Notes under the pieces: generated by a model
Databases searched by the model: none
The model's input: only the letters and a program-made list of their open reading frames with translations
Told to the model about the DNA's origin: nothing
Position numbers and translations under genes: made by a program
Source of the DNA: Paracoccaceae bacterium
GTDB taxonomy: Bacteria; Pseudomonadota; Alphaproteobacteria; Rhodobacterales; Rhodobacteraceae
Assembly: GCA_023259435.1 (NCBI GenBank)
Contig: JALRHZ010000003.1
Location: 3,058 to 67,057, forward strand
Length of the DNA: 64,000 nt
Reading direction: 5' to 3'
Part shown: positions 1 to 9,599 of the stretch, piece by piece
Layout of the letters: each line of letters starts with the position of its first letter
Numbering within the stretch: the first letter of the stretch is position 1

Positions 1-498
1 ATGGATGATGTCATGATCGTGTCACCCGATGTCGGGGGCGTTGCCCGCGCCCGTGAATTGGCCAAGCGGATCGGTGCGCCGCTCTCGATCGTTGACAAAC
101 GCCGCGAGAAAGCCGGTGAAATTGCGGAAATGACTGTAATCGGAAATGTAGACGGCAAAAAATGTATCATCGTCGATGACATTTGCGACACAGCTGGCAC
201 CCTATGCAAAGCGGCAGAGGTCTTGATCGAAAATGGTGCCTCAGAAGTCCATTCCTATATCACACATGGTGTCTTGTCTGGTCCTGCCGTCGAGCGGATC
301 ACAAACTCGGTCATGAAATCACTTGTCATCACAGACACGATCCAAGCAACAGACCCTGTCCTGAATGCGCCTAACATTCGCATTCTGCCAACAGCACCGA
401 TGTTTGCGCAGGCGATCATGAACATTTGGAATGGAACATCCGTCTCGTCCTTGTTCGATACAGAAACGATCGAGCCTATCTACCAAGGCCAAATGTAA
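1..498 (+). CDS. prs: ribose-phosphate pyrophosphokinase, C-terminal part (5' end cut by window edge)
   Basis: Translation matches the C-terminal two-thirds of PRPP synthetase, including the PRPP-binding loop CIIVDDICDTAGT. The frame is open at position 1. Confidence 0.9.
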   Translation: MDDVMIVSPDVGGVARARELAKRIGAPLSIVDKRREKAGEIAEMTVIGNVDGKKCIIVDDICDTAGTLCKAAEVLIENGASEVHSYITHGVLSGPAVERITNSVMKSLVITDTIQATDPVLNAPNIRILPTAPMFAQAIMNIWNGTSVSSLFDTETIEPIYQGQM

Positions 499-515
499 AT
501 CTGCCGCATGGGTGT

Positions 516-869
516 TTATTCAAGCACCCATGCATCCTCTGGATCGGCAACCTGTCCGATTGCTTGCCAAGACATGCGAACACGGGCCACCTTGGTATCT
601 CCCCACGTCCGGAAAACAGCGTAAAAGCCCTCAGGGTTTATACCATCTGCGGTAATATCCATCCGCAAATTTGTTCCGGCATCTGTATCCCAAAGAGAAA
701 TACCGACACTTACGCTTGGCGCGGACATGAACGGCTCGGAAAAATGAATAAATCGGCGTTTCTCGCGCGGCCCCTCTCCGGTCCACATCTCTCCTCCGTT
801 TTCAAAATCTGAAAATAAATTAATTTCACCGCTATCAATACCAACCATATGGCTTTTAATCTTGCGCAC
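516..869 (-). CDS. hypothetical protein, H-type lectin domain-like
   Basis: Intact 117-aa ORF with no signal peptide. The pattern FSEPF..P.V.V..LWD......R.DI....I...GF..VFRTWGDT....V..SW.A.G resembles the H-type lectin family. This is recollection only, not a search. Confidence 0.5.
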   Translation of the reverse strand: MRKIKSHMVGIDSGEINLFSDFENGGEMWTGEGPREKRRFIHFSEPFMSAPSVSVGISLWDTDAGTNLRMDITADGINPEGFYAVFRTWGDTKVARVRMSWQAIGQVADPEDAWVLE

Positions 870-904
870 GATTGCCCCCCAGGTTTGAACTATTTATTAG
901 TATC

Positions 905-935
905 AAACAAAAAAGTCGGGGCCAATGGCCCCGAC
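905..935 (-). terminator. rho-independent terminator downstream of amtB
   Basis: Perfect 9-bp stem GTCGGGGCC/GGCCCCGAC with a 3-nt loop. On the minus strand it is followed by TTTTTTGTTTG. Confidence 0.7.
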
Positions 936-957
936 CTATTTTGTAATTTTAATAATC

Positions 958-2277
958 CTAGTTTGAGAATTCTGGATAGGCTTCCATCCCCATTTCGGAT
1001 TTGTCCAACCCGTTGATCTCGTCTTCTTCTGACACGCGAAGACCGATTGTTTTGTCCAAGATAAACCAAACAACTGAGGACACGATGATCACGAACACCC
1101 CTACAACAACAACGCCATAGAACTGTGTGCCAAAACTTGCATCCGTGTTGGTCATTGGAACAATCAACGTGCCGAATATCCCTGCCGCAAGGTGAACTGG
1201 GATCGCGCCGACCACGTCATCGATCTTAAGCTTGTCCAACAAGGGAACAACAAAGACAACAATCGCACCGCCTGCGGCACCGATAAGTGTCGCGACACCC
1301 AATGTCGGTGTCAAAGGCTCGGCTGTGATAGAAACCAATCCCGCAAGTGCGCCGTTCAATATCATGGTAAGATCAGGCTTTTTGTACATCAGCTGTGTAA
1401 GGATCAGGACAGAAATTGCACCCCCCGCAGCGGCGGCGTTTGTGTTTGCAAAGATACGAGAAATATCTGCAACGTCTCCGACAGTACCCATGGCCAACTG
1501 AGAGCCACCGTTAAAGCCGAACCAACCCAACCACAGAATAAACGTACCCAATGTCGCAAGTGTCAAGTTTGAGCCTGGAATTGGTGACACCCGTCCATCT
1601 TTTGCGTATTTGCCCAAGCGCGGCCCAAGGATAATAACACCTGTCAGAGCAGCCCATCCGCCAACAGAGTGTACAACTGTTGAGCCCGCAAAGTCAGCAA
1701 ACCCCATTGCATCAAGGAAACCACCACCCCATTTCCAGCTCGCTTGGAGAGGATAGATTATTCCGGTTAGGACAATCGTAAAGAACAGGAACGGCCATAG
1801 TTTGATCCGCTCGGCCAATGTGCCAGACACAATGGACGCTGTCGTCGCGCAGAACATCAACTGAAAGAAAAAGTCAGAACCGGTCGAGGCATAGCCATAA
1901 TCATCGGCCGCATCTCGGGTCACTCCGACATCTTCAAGGACACCTGGCCCCCAAACACCAGATAGGATTCCGTCAACTGACCATGATCCTAACGGGTACA
2001 TTAGATTGTACCCGACAACGTAGTAGGCGATTGCTGCCAGTGAGAACAACGAGATGTTCTTGGTCAATTGCGTCGTCACATTCTTGGACCGCACCAATCC
2101 GGCCTCAAGCATTGCAAAGCCGGCAGCCATCCAAAACACCAAAAAACCGCCAACTAGGAACAACAGCGAGTTCAGAATGAAAACCGTATCGGTTGCGGCC
2201 TCGGGCGCAGCGGTTTGAGCTGCTGCATATGATGGCAGCGCCAAAGCCAACATGGGTAAAACAAGTTTAAGTCGCAT
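958..2277 (-). CDS. amtB: ammonium transporter
   Basis: 439 aa with a signal peptide and multiple TM segments. Amt family signatures are present (FAMLEAGLVRSKN, AGSTVVHSVGGW, GWFGFNGGS). It lies directly downstream of glnK. Confidence 0.92.
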   Translation of the reverse strand: MRLKLVLPMLALALPSYAAAQTAAPEAATDTVFILNSLLFLVGGFLVFWMAAGFAMLEAGLVRSKNVTTQLTKNISLFSLAAIAYYVVGYNLMYPLGSWSVDGILSGVWGPGVLEDVGVTRDAADDYGYASTGSDFFFQLMFCATTASIVSGTLAERIKLWPFLFFTIVLTGIIYPLQASWKWGGGFLDAMGFADFAGSTVVHSVGGWAALTGVIILGPRLGKYAKDGRVSPIPGSNLTLATLGTFILWLGWFGFNGGSQLAMGTVGDVADISRIFANTNAAAAGGAISVLILTQLMYKKPDLTMILNGALAGLVSITAEPLTPTLGVATLIGAAGGAIVVFVVPLLDKLKIDDVVGAIPVHLAAGIFGTLIVPMTNTDASFGTQFYGVVVVGVFVIIVSSVVWFILDKTIGLRVSEEDEINGLDKSEMGMEAYPEFSN

Positions 2278-2291
2278 TTTCGGTCCTTTCC

Positions 2292-2630
2292 TTAAAGTGC
2301 GTCTTCGCCGGTCTCGCCGGTACGGATGCGAAGTGTTTGCTCGACATCCAAGACAAAGATTTTGCCGTCACCGATTTTGCCGGTCCTTGCCGTTTCTGTG
2401 ATCGTGGATACGATGCTCTCCGCCTGATCTGCGGCGCATACGATTTCGAGTTTGATTTTGGGAACAAAGTTCACGGTGTATTCCGCACCGCGATAAATTT
2501 CAGTATGGCCTGATTGTGCGCCAAAGCCCTTTATTTCAGACACCATCAATCCGCTAACACCAAGCTCGGTTAAGGCCTGTCGGACGTCATCCAACTTAAA
2601 AGGCTTGATCGTTGCAATTATGAGTTTCAT
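2292..2630 (-). CDS. glnK: nitrogen regulatory protein P-II
   Basis: MKLIIATIKPFKLDDVRQAL start and T-loop YRGAEY. A GAGGAG SD sits upstream of the ATG at 2630; the longer ORF start at 2660 has none. It lies 14 nt upstream of amtB. Confidence 0.92.
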   Translation of the reverse strand: MKLIIATIKPFKLDDVRQALTELGVSGLMVSEIKGFGAQSGHTEIYRGAEYTVNFVPKIKLEIVCAADQAESIVSTITETARTGKIGDGKIFVLDVEQTLRIRTGETGEDAL

Positions 2631-2865
2631 CTTTATCTCCTCAGTACTGCACAAAAACATGCTGCACCCGCAGCAAAGCCAATTCCGCGCAAAACAAAAA
2701 GATTTTGCACCGTAATTTCTCTAAAATCGCAATAATAAGCACATTTTTTAATCATATTTATTTTTTTGATTAATTTTTATGCACTATTTCGATGTGCAGC
2801 CCGTACTTTTCCCCTCTACTCCTGACAAGGAAATCGATATACACTGCGAAAAAACGAGCAGAACA

Positions 2866-4968
2866 ATGGCAAAATCACCCAATACGCGACGCCCCATCAT
2901 CGCGGGGAAACGTCGAACCACCTCAGATTCGGTGAAACCAAAACCCAAGACACAGCCGCGCCCGAAACCCCGCAAAACGCACGGGATTTTGCGCAGGATT
3001 TTTAACTGGGTCATGGCGGTTATCTTTGGCCTGTTCTGGCGGGGTGCCTTGATCGTTGGTCTGATTATCGCCGGATCCGCGTATTATGTCAGCGCGACAC
3101 TGCCGGAGATGTCCGACCTCTTAGACGGTCGCGCCCGCGGCTCAGTCACAATGTTGGATAGAAACGGTGATGTCTATGCATGGCGCGGCGACCAATTTGG
3201 CGGCGCGATAACCGCGGACACGGTGTCGCCGCACCTAAAAAATGCGATCATCGCAACCGAAGATAAACGGTTTTATAGTCACATCGGCATAAGCCCTCGC
3301 GGCATCGCAAGTGCGGTTCGTATCAACCTGCGCGAAGGGCGCGGCCCCTTGTCCGGGCATGGCGGCTCTACACTGACCCAACAAACTGCGAAACTGATCT
3401 GCTTTGGTGTGCCTTATATCCCATCCGAGTGGCCCTCAGAGGCCGCCTATGAGGCAGACTGCCGACAAGGAACATTATGGCGCAAAGTAAAAGAAGCCAT
3501 CTTCGCAATGGGAATGGAGATCAAATATTCCAAGGACGACATTCTAACCATTTATCTAAACCGCGCCTTCCTTGGCGCCGGCGCGCGTGGGTTTGAAGCC
3601 GCCGCACAACGATACTTTGGGCGATCAGCCGCAGAAGTTGACCCTTCCGAGGCCGCGATGTTGGCCGGACTTCTTGTTGCCCCGTCACGCTATGCCCCGA
3701 CGAACAACCTCACGCGATCACAAAATCGCGCGAACCTGATCCTTGGCCTGATGGAAGCGCAAGAGTATCTGACACCGGATGAGGCCGACTATGCACGTGC
3801 GCATCCTGCACAGCTTTCAGAAGCCGCTGAGGCACGCGCCGGCGGTTATTTTGCAGACTGGGTCATGCAAAGTGGGCCAGAATTCTTTACCCGCAGCACA
3901 ACAGAAGACGTCATCATCAAGACGACCTTGGACCAAAACATCCAAGCAGCAGCAGAAGAAGCCCTAAAGCTCGTTTTCCAAGAGCGTGTGAAACAAGGAT
4001 CAAAGGCACAGGCCGCAATCGTCGTTATGTCGGCAGATGGCGCAGTGCGCGCAATGGTGGGAGGGCGACGCACCAAAGTCTCAGGCGCGTTTAACCGAGC
4101 AACCCAAGCTTTGCGGCAAACCGGATCCGCGTTCAAACCGTTTGTCTATGCGACCGCCTTGGAATTGGGCTGGTCTCCTCTTGATACAATCACAGACGAA
4201 CCCCTAACACTGAATGTTCCAGGATCCGGCCCCTGGACGCCAAAGAATTATACTGGAAAATTCTTGGGCGAAGTCACTCTGACCGATGCGTTGAAACACT
4301 CGTTAAATATTCCCGCAGTCAAGCTAAGCGAAAGCGTTGGACGCGATCTTGTGCGGCAGGTGGCCGGTGATTTTGGACTTACAACGGACTTGGCCCAAGG
4401 TCCGGCAATTGCGCTTGGAGCATCCGAATCGACACTGATCGAGATGGTTGGTGCCTATGCCGGTATTCTAAACGGTGGGTCATCGGTGACGCCCTATGGC
4501 CTTGTGGAATTGTCATTATTGGGCGACACCACCCCCCTAATTGGCTCAGGCGGAGGAATTGGAGAACGCGTCATTCAAACCTCGGCCGCACGGCAACTTA
4601 TTTACATGATGGAAAAAGTGGTCTCTGAAGGATCCGGCAAACGCGCGGCTTTGCCCGGATGGCAGGTGGGCGGCAAAACGGGCACCACTCAGGCGGCACG
4701 GGATGCATGGTTTATTGGCTTTACAGCAGATTATATCGCGGGCGTCTGGATGGGGTATGACGACAACACACCTTTATCAGGCGTCACAGGTGGTGGGCTT
4801 CCGGCAGAGATTTGGCACGAAACGATGCTGCGCGTCACACAGAACATGACTCCACGTCCCTTGCATATGGACATACCTGCACCGAAATTCGTTCAACCTA
4901 CACCGCAGCCGCAACCCAAGGCTCCCTCAGGGATCGAAAGCATTCTGCGAAGCATCTTTGGCAATTAA
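2866..4968 (+). CDS. class A penicillin-binding protein (transglycosylase/transpeptidase)
   Basis: GT51 motifs EDKRFYSH and GGSTLTQQ. Transpeptidase motifs SAFKP (SxxK), SLN and KTGT. N-terminal K/P/R-rich tail followed by a TM helix. Start taken at the ATG at 2866 (MAKSPNTRR). Confidence 0.9.
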   Translation: MAKSPNTRRPIIAGKRRTTSDSVKPKPKTQPRPKPRKTHGILRRIFNWVMAVIFGLFWRGALIVGLIIAGSAYYVSATLPEMSDLLDGRARGSVTMLDRNGDVYAWRGDQFGGAITADTVSPHLKNAIIATEDKRFYSHIGISPRGIASAVRINLREGRGPLSGHGGSTLTQQTAKLICFGVPYIPSEWPSEAAYEADCRQGTLWRKVKEAIFAMGMEIKYSKDDILTIYLNRAFLGAGARGFEAAAQRYFGRSAAEVDPSEAAMLAGLLVAPSRYAPTNNLTRSQNRANLILGLMEAQEYLTPDEADYARAHPAQLSEAAEARAGGYFADWVMQSGPEFFTRSTTEDVIIKTTLDQNIQAAAEEALKLVFQERVKQGSKAQAAIVVMSADGAVRAMVGGRRTKVSGAFNRATQALRQTGSAFKPFVYATALELGWSPLDTITDEPLTLNVPGSGPWTPKNYTGKFLGEVTLTDALKHSLNIPAVKLSESVGRDLVRQVAGDFGLTTDLAQGPAIALGASESTLIEMVGAYAGILNGGSSVTPYGLVELSLLGDTTPLIGSGGGIGERVIQTSAARQLIYMMEKVVSEGSGKRAALPGWQVGGKTGTTQAARDAWFIGFTADYIAGVWMGYDDNTPLSGVTGGGLPAEIWHETMLRVTQNMTPRPLHMDIPAPKFVQPTPQPQPKAPSGIESILRSIFGN

Positions 4969-5004
4969 ACGGGGCGGCGCACCGCTCCCAAAACTTGCCG
5001 CAGC

Positions 5005-5601
5005 TTAGCCTGCGGTTTTGATGTCGGCGATAAGCTTATCGATGCTGCCACCGCGGCGATCTAGGATCGCGCCAATTTCCGAACGCTCGGTCAACAGCAG
5101 ATTCACGCCCTCGATAAACATATTAAAGAACAAGGGGCGTCCAGCTTTATCTGATACAAGGAACGTCACATCAAATGGCGACGAGCCCTTTAGATAAGCC
5201 AAAGTTTTCACTTCATAAAACGATTTGACGGCCCGAGTCGACTGAACCTCAAGGCGCCCGCCGATAAATTGACGAAACTGTTTGCCATATTTACGCGACA
5301 AATACCCAGAAAATGCATCAGAAAAGGCATTAAGCTGCGCAGGGCTGGCGGCACGCGCATCGCGGCCCAATGCATAACGCGCGATGGTAGGCACGTCGCC
5401 GTAGGCTCTAAACAATTTTTCGAAATCGGAAATCATCCCGCTTTCAGATTTCCCCGAGCCAATCACACGGTTAATCTCTTTGACCACATCTTGAACCAGT
5501 TTTGACGCATCTGCATTTGTCATTGCAAACGACGGCCCTGCCAATACGAGGCCGCCAATACCGGCCAAAACAAGTCGCCTATTCACAGTATTATTCTGCA
5601 T
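5005..5601 (-). CDS. mlaC: MlaC/Ttg2D-family periplasmic phospholipid-binding protein
   Basis: Resembles the toluene-tolerance Ttg2D/MlaC family. It has a signal peptide with an RR motif (NRRLVLAG). The start is uncertain (5601, 5610 or 5643) and it overlaps the mlaA stop. Confidence 0.75.
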   Translation of the reverse strand: MQNNTVNRRLVLAGIGGLVLAGPSFAMTNADASKLVQDVVKEINRVIGSGKSESGMISDFEKLFRAYGDVPTIARYALGRDARAASPAQLNAFSDAFSGYLSRKYGKQFRQFIGGRLEVQSTRAVKSFYEVKTLAYLKGSSPFDVTFLVSDKAGRPLFFNMFIEGVNLLLTERSEIGAILDRRGGSIDKLIADIKTAG

Positions 5602-6346
5602 ATGGGTCATCGTATGGGTCAAAATAGTCACCTTCACTGTCATCTGGGGTTCCCAGCTTAAATCGTCTGTTTTGCAGATACATCAACCTGCTCTGCGCGT
5701 AGCTGTCGGCACTTTCGTATAACAACGCATCGATAGTACCAGCAAACTGACCGCGTGACGATAGAAGGTCCGCACCTTTTGCAACGGTGGCATAAGTTTG
5801 CTCAGTTGGCCCCAAGACGTTCCCAACTGGATCCATGAAAAAGTCAACCAACCGCCCAAATGCGGCCCGTTCCGTCGACGGCCCCAAAACAGGAAGCTCG
5901 ACATAGGCGCCCTCACGGACACCCCAGACATGCAACGTCTCACCGAAATCGGTTTCACCGCCGTCAATGCCTGCGCCTCCAGCAGGATCAGCGATCCCTC
6001 CCAACCCCATGGTCGTATTGAGGGCAAACCGGACTGTATTCTTCAAAGCGTTCTCAAAATCACCCTGCAGAACTTGGTTCACAATATCCCCTGGGGTGGA
6101 CAGGTTCCGGACGAAATTGGAGACAATTTCTTCCACCTCGTCAGGCATAGCATTCGAATAAGTAACAGCAACAGGTCTGAGCACCGCACGATCAACCGAC
6201 TTATTGAATTCATGCGTACCACGATTAAACTGTTCGTAAGGATCGTTGACATCACCATTTTCTGGCATGGGGGCGCAAGCTCCGACAAAGAAGCCTACAA
6301 AAACAATCAAAACAGAAGAAATTCTTAAACTTGTATACATAAACAA
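5591..6346 (-). CDS. mlaA: MlaA/VacJ family outer-membrane lipoprotein
   Basis: Lipobox FVGAC. Shows the VacJ-like core DPYEQFNR..H.FN...D..VLRP.A..Y and NTTMGLGGI.D. Confidence 0.85.
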   Translation of the reverse strand: MFMYTSLRISSVLIVFVGFFVGACAPMPENGDVNDPYEQFNRGTHEFNKSVDRAVLRPVAVTYSNAMPDEVEEIVSNFVRNLSTPGDIVNQVLQGDFENALKNTVRFALNTTMGLGGIADPAGGAGIDGGETDFGETLHVWGVREGAYVELPVLGPSTERAAFGRLVDFFMDPVGNVLGPTEQTYATVAKGADLLSSRGQFAGTIDALLYESADSYAQSRLMYLQNRRFKLGTPDDSEGDYFDPYDDPYAE

Positions 6347-6501
6347 TCACCAAACGACGTCTAACTTCCTTCCACATAACGCTCGGGGGCAAAATTCCAA
6401 GCCCTACTTGCACCAGTGATGCAAAGTGTGACACAACTGCGACATAAGATTTTAACATTTTTTTGCGTGATATTATCGAACGAAAAACAAAGTGAGAACC
6501 G

Positions 6502-8235
6502 ATGGCAGGAACACAGACACAACGCGGGTTAGAAGAATTACGCGCCACTCGAAAACAAAGCCGTGGTTTATATTGGGCTGTTGCTCTGTTCAGCTTTTTT
6601 ACAAACCTGCTTATGCTGACCGGCCCGCTCTATATGCTTCAAGTCTATGACCGCGTCTTAGGAAGCAGATCTGTCGAAACCCTGATGGCTTTATCGCTTT
6701 TGGTGGTTTTCCTTTATGGGACTATGGGATTTTTGGATTTTGCACGCGGACGCATAATGGGACGGGTTGGCGCGCGGTTTCAAGCAAGCCTCGACAAGCG
6801 TGTCTTTGAGGCAGTCATTCGCCGTTCGGCCATAAGTCGGGATGAGAAATCCGATACAGGATTGCGAGATTTGGAATCCGTGCAGCGCTTGATGACATCT
6901 CCGGTATTAATGTCCATTTTTGACCTGCCTTGGACGCCCGTGTTCTTGTTTGGCATATTTATCTTTCATCCGATGTTAGGAATTTTGGCGATCTCTGGCG
7001 GTGGCCTTTTGATTGTCGTTGCGCTTTTGAACCAATGGGTCACCCGAACCCCTGTGGCCAAGGCAAACATGGCAACCTTCCGAGCGGAAAGCATGTCGGA
7101 TCATATCAAATCAGAGGCGGAAATGATCCGCGCGTTGGGGATGACCGAAGCGGCTTTTTTGCGGTGGCAAAAAATCCGTAATGATAGCTTAAGCGAAACG
7201 GTAAAAAGCGCAGATTTGTCAGGCGGTTTCACAATTACAACCAAGACCTTTAGACTATTTTTACAGTCTGCGATGCTGGGCTTGGGCGCATATCTTGTTT
7301 TACAAAACGAATTAACGCCAGGCGCAATGATTGCTGGATCTATCTTGATGGGCCGTGCTTTGGCTCCGATCGAGACCTCGATTGGCCAATGGGCGATGGT
7401 GCAGCGCGCTCGCAAAGGCTGGAGCAGTCTTGCGGATCTACTAGGCGAAATCCCTCCCGAGGCAGATCGTACCCCCCTGCCCGCTCCACGTGCGCATCTA
7501 GAGGCGCAATCTTTGACGGTTATTCCCCCAGGTGAACAACAAGCAGCATTGAGGGCCGTGAATTTCGTGGTCCAGCCCGGACAAGCGGTGGGCGTGATTG
7601 GCCCCTCTGGCGCAGGGAAATCTACGCTTGCCCGCGCCATTACAGGTGTTTGGCGCCCTGCAGGTGGCAAAGTCCGCCTTGATGGTGCATCACTTGATAA
7701 TTACGGCCCAGATGTTTTGGGCCAATACATCGGGTACCTCCCACAGCGCGTTCAACTCTTTGATGGAACAATCGCCGATAACATTGCCCGCCTATCTCCC
7801 AATCCTAATCCAGACCAAATCGTTGAGGCGGCAAAAAAAGCAGCGGCCCATGATATGATCCTAAAGTTACCTGATGGATACGACACGCATGTTACTGCGG
7901 CGGGTGGTCGTCTATCTGGCGGGCAAATCCAACGGATCGGCTTGGCACGTGCGCTCTACGGAAACCCCGTTATTTTGGTTTTGGATGAACCAAACTCAAA
8001 TCTCGATAATGAAGGCAGTACTGCGTTGAACATTGCCATTCGAACGATGAAATCAGAAGGACGGTCCGTCATCATCATGGCCCACCGTCCCGCCGCGATC
8101 CAAGAATGTGATATGCTTATGGTCATTGATGGGGGTGTTCGCACCGCCTTTGGCCCCAAAGACGAAGTGCTAAAAGCTATGGTTCAAAACCACGAAGTCA
8201 TTGCCAAATCTACTGGACAGGGGGGCGTAAAATGA
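6502..8235 (+). CDS. type I secretion system permease/ATPase (PrtD/AprD type, no C39 peptidase domain)
   Basis: 577 aa with an N-terminal TMD followed by an NBD. Walker A GPSGAGKST, signature LSGGQ, Walker B ILVLDEP. Confidence 0.9.
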   Translation: MAGTQTQRGLEELRATRKQSRGLYWAVALFSFFTNLLMLTGPLYMLQVYDRVLGSRSVETLMALSLLVVFLYGTMGFLDFARGRIMGRVGARFQASLDKRVFEAVIRRSAISRDEKSDTGLRDLESVQRLMTSPVLMSIFDLPWTPVFLFGIFIFHPMLGILAISGGGLLIVVALLNQWVTRTPVAKANMATFRAESMSDHIKSEAEMIRALGMTEAAFLRWQKIRNDSLSETVKSADLSGGFTITTKTFRLFLQSAMLGLGAYLVLQNELTPGAMIAGSILMGRALAPIETSIGQWAMVQRARKGWSSLADLLGEIPPEADRTPLPAPRAHLEAQSLTVIPPGEQQAALRAVNFVVQPGQAVGVIGPSGAGKSTLARAITGVWRPAGGKVRLDGASLDNYGPDVLGQYIGYLPQRVQLFDGTIADNIARLSPNPNPDQIVEAAKKAAAHDMILKLPDGYDTHVTAAGGRLSGGQIQRIGLARALYGNPVILVLDEPNSNLDNEGSTALNIAIRTMKSEGRSVIIMAHRPAAIQECDMLMVIDGGVRTAFGPKDEVLKAMVQNHEVIAKSTGQGGVK

Positions 8236-9536
8236 ACACTCCCACCACGTATTCCGCAAAAACGCCCCTTATCATTGGCATCCTCGCGACCTTGGTCCTT
8301 GTGGGCGGGTTCGGCAGCTGGGCTGCGATCACGAATATCTCGGGCGCAATCATCGCGTCAGGTCAGATCGAAGTCGATAAAAATCGCCAAATCGTACAGC
8401 ATCCCGACGGCGGCGTCGTTGCGGAAATTCTGGTCGACGAAGGCGACCCTGTAATCGCAGGACAAACCCTGATCCAACTGGATCCGACCCTTCTGCAATC
8501 CGAGCAAACCATTATCGAAGATCAACTGTTTGAATTACGAGCGCGTCGTGGACGCCTCGTTGCGGAGCGTGACAATGTAGACGCAATTTCCTTTGATCCA
8601 GATTTGATCGAGCGGTCCAAAACCGATGCTGATGTGGCTGATTTAATGAATGGCCAAGATCGCTTGTTCACAGCGCGGCTGGAAACAATGCAAGCGCAGA
8701 TCGAGGCGCTTGGGAAACGGCGTGGTCAAATAAACAACCAGATTGAGGGCATCGACGCACAGCTGGTGGCGCTGGACGAGCAAATTGCGCTCATCAAAGA
8801 AGAATTGGAAGGTCAGCAAAGCCTGTTGGAACGCGGCCTTGCACAGGCGGCGCGTGTGTTGGCTCTTCAACGCACAGAAGCGCAACTAAGCGGCCAAGTT
8901 GGTGACCTAACGGCCCGCCGCGCAGAAAGTGAAGGGCGGATCACAGAAATCGACATCGAAATCAACTCTCTGATGATCCAGCGTCGAGAAGCGGCTATTA
9001 GCCAGTTACGCGACCAACAATTCCGCGAATTGGAACTAGAAGAACGCTTCCGCGCTTTGGCGGAACGCCTAGATCGGATGACAATCACTGCGCCTGTGTC
9101 AGGTGTGATCTACGGGCTTTCGATTTATACCCCGCGCTCGGTCATCCGCGCTGCGGAACCTGTGATGTACTTGATCCCACAAGATCGTCCTTTGGTGATT
9201 GCAGCACAGGTGGAACCGATTCACATTGACAAGCTCTTTATCGGACAGGATGTGATGATGCGTTTTTCTGCATTTGATCAACGTACAACGCCAGAATTAT
9301 TCGGAAAAGTCACCCAGATTTCTGCGGATGCGTTTACGGATGAGGCCACGCGCATGTCCTATTATCGTGCAGAAATCGTTTTAAACGAGGAAGAGCTTTC
9401 GAAACTACCAGAAGGCGTTCAGCTGATCCCTGGGATGCCGGTTGAAAGCTTTATTAGAACGGCAGATCGGACGCCCTTGGACTATCTTCTGAAACCTTTG
9501 ACTGATTATTTTACAAAAGCGTTCCGAGAAAGCTAA
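8232..9536 (+). CDS. HlyD-family type I secretion periplasmic adaptor
   Basis: ATGA overlap with the ABC gene. Single N-terminal TM, long coiled-coil centre, C-terminal barrel motifs. This is the typical T1SS MFP architecture. Confidence 0.9.
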   Translation: MNTPTTYSAKTPLIIGILATLVLVGGFGSWAAITNISGAIIASGQIEVDKNRQIVQHPDGGVVAEILVDEGDPVIAGQTLIQLDPTLLQSEQTIIEDQLFELRARRGRLVAERDNVDAISFDPDLIERSKTDADVADLMNGQDRLFTARLETMQAQIEALGKRRGQINNQIEGIDAQLVALDEQIALIKEELEGQQSLLERGLAQAARVLALQRTEAQLSGQVGDLTARRAESEGRITEIDIEINSLMIQRREAAISQLRDQQFRELELEERFRALAERLDRMTITAPVSGVIYGLSIYTPRSVIRAAEPVMYLIPQDRPLVIAAQVEPIHIDKLFIGQDVMMRFSAFDQRTTPELFGKVTQISADAFTDEATRMSYYRAEIVLNEEELSKLPEGVQLIPGMPVESFIRTADRTPLDYLLKPLTDYFTKAFRES

Positions 9537-9599
9537 TTTCCGCTTTGCCTTTGCAAATGATGTGCTAGCACTGTGTCAAATACATCCAAGGAGATCGAC

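Noticed and set aside
2631-2780. Sigma54 (-24 GG / -12 GC) promoter for glnK-amtB
   Set aside because: The only TGGC...TGC candidate (sense strand around 2668-2682) has the wrong spacing by 2 nt. The element is not supported.
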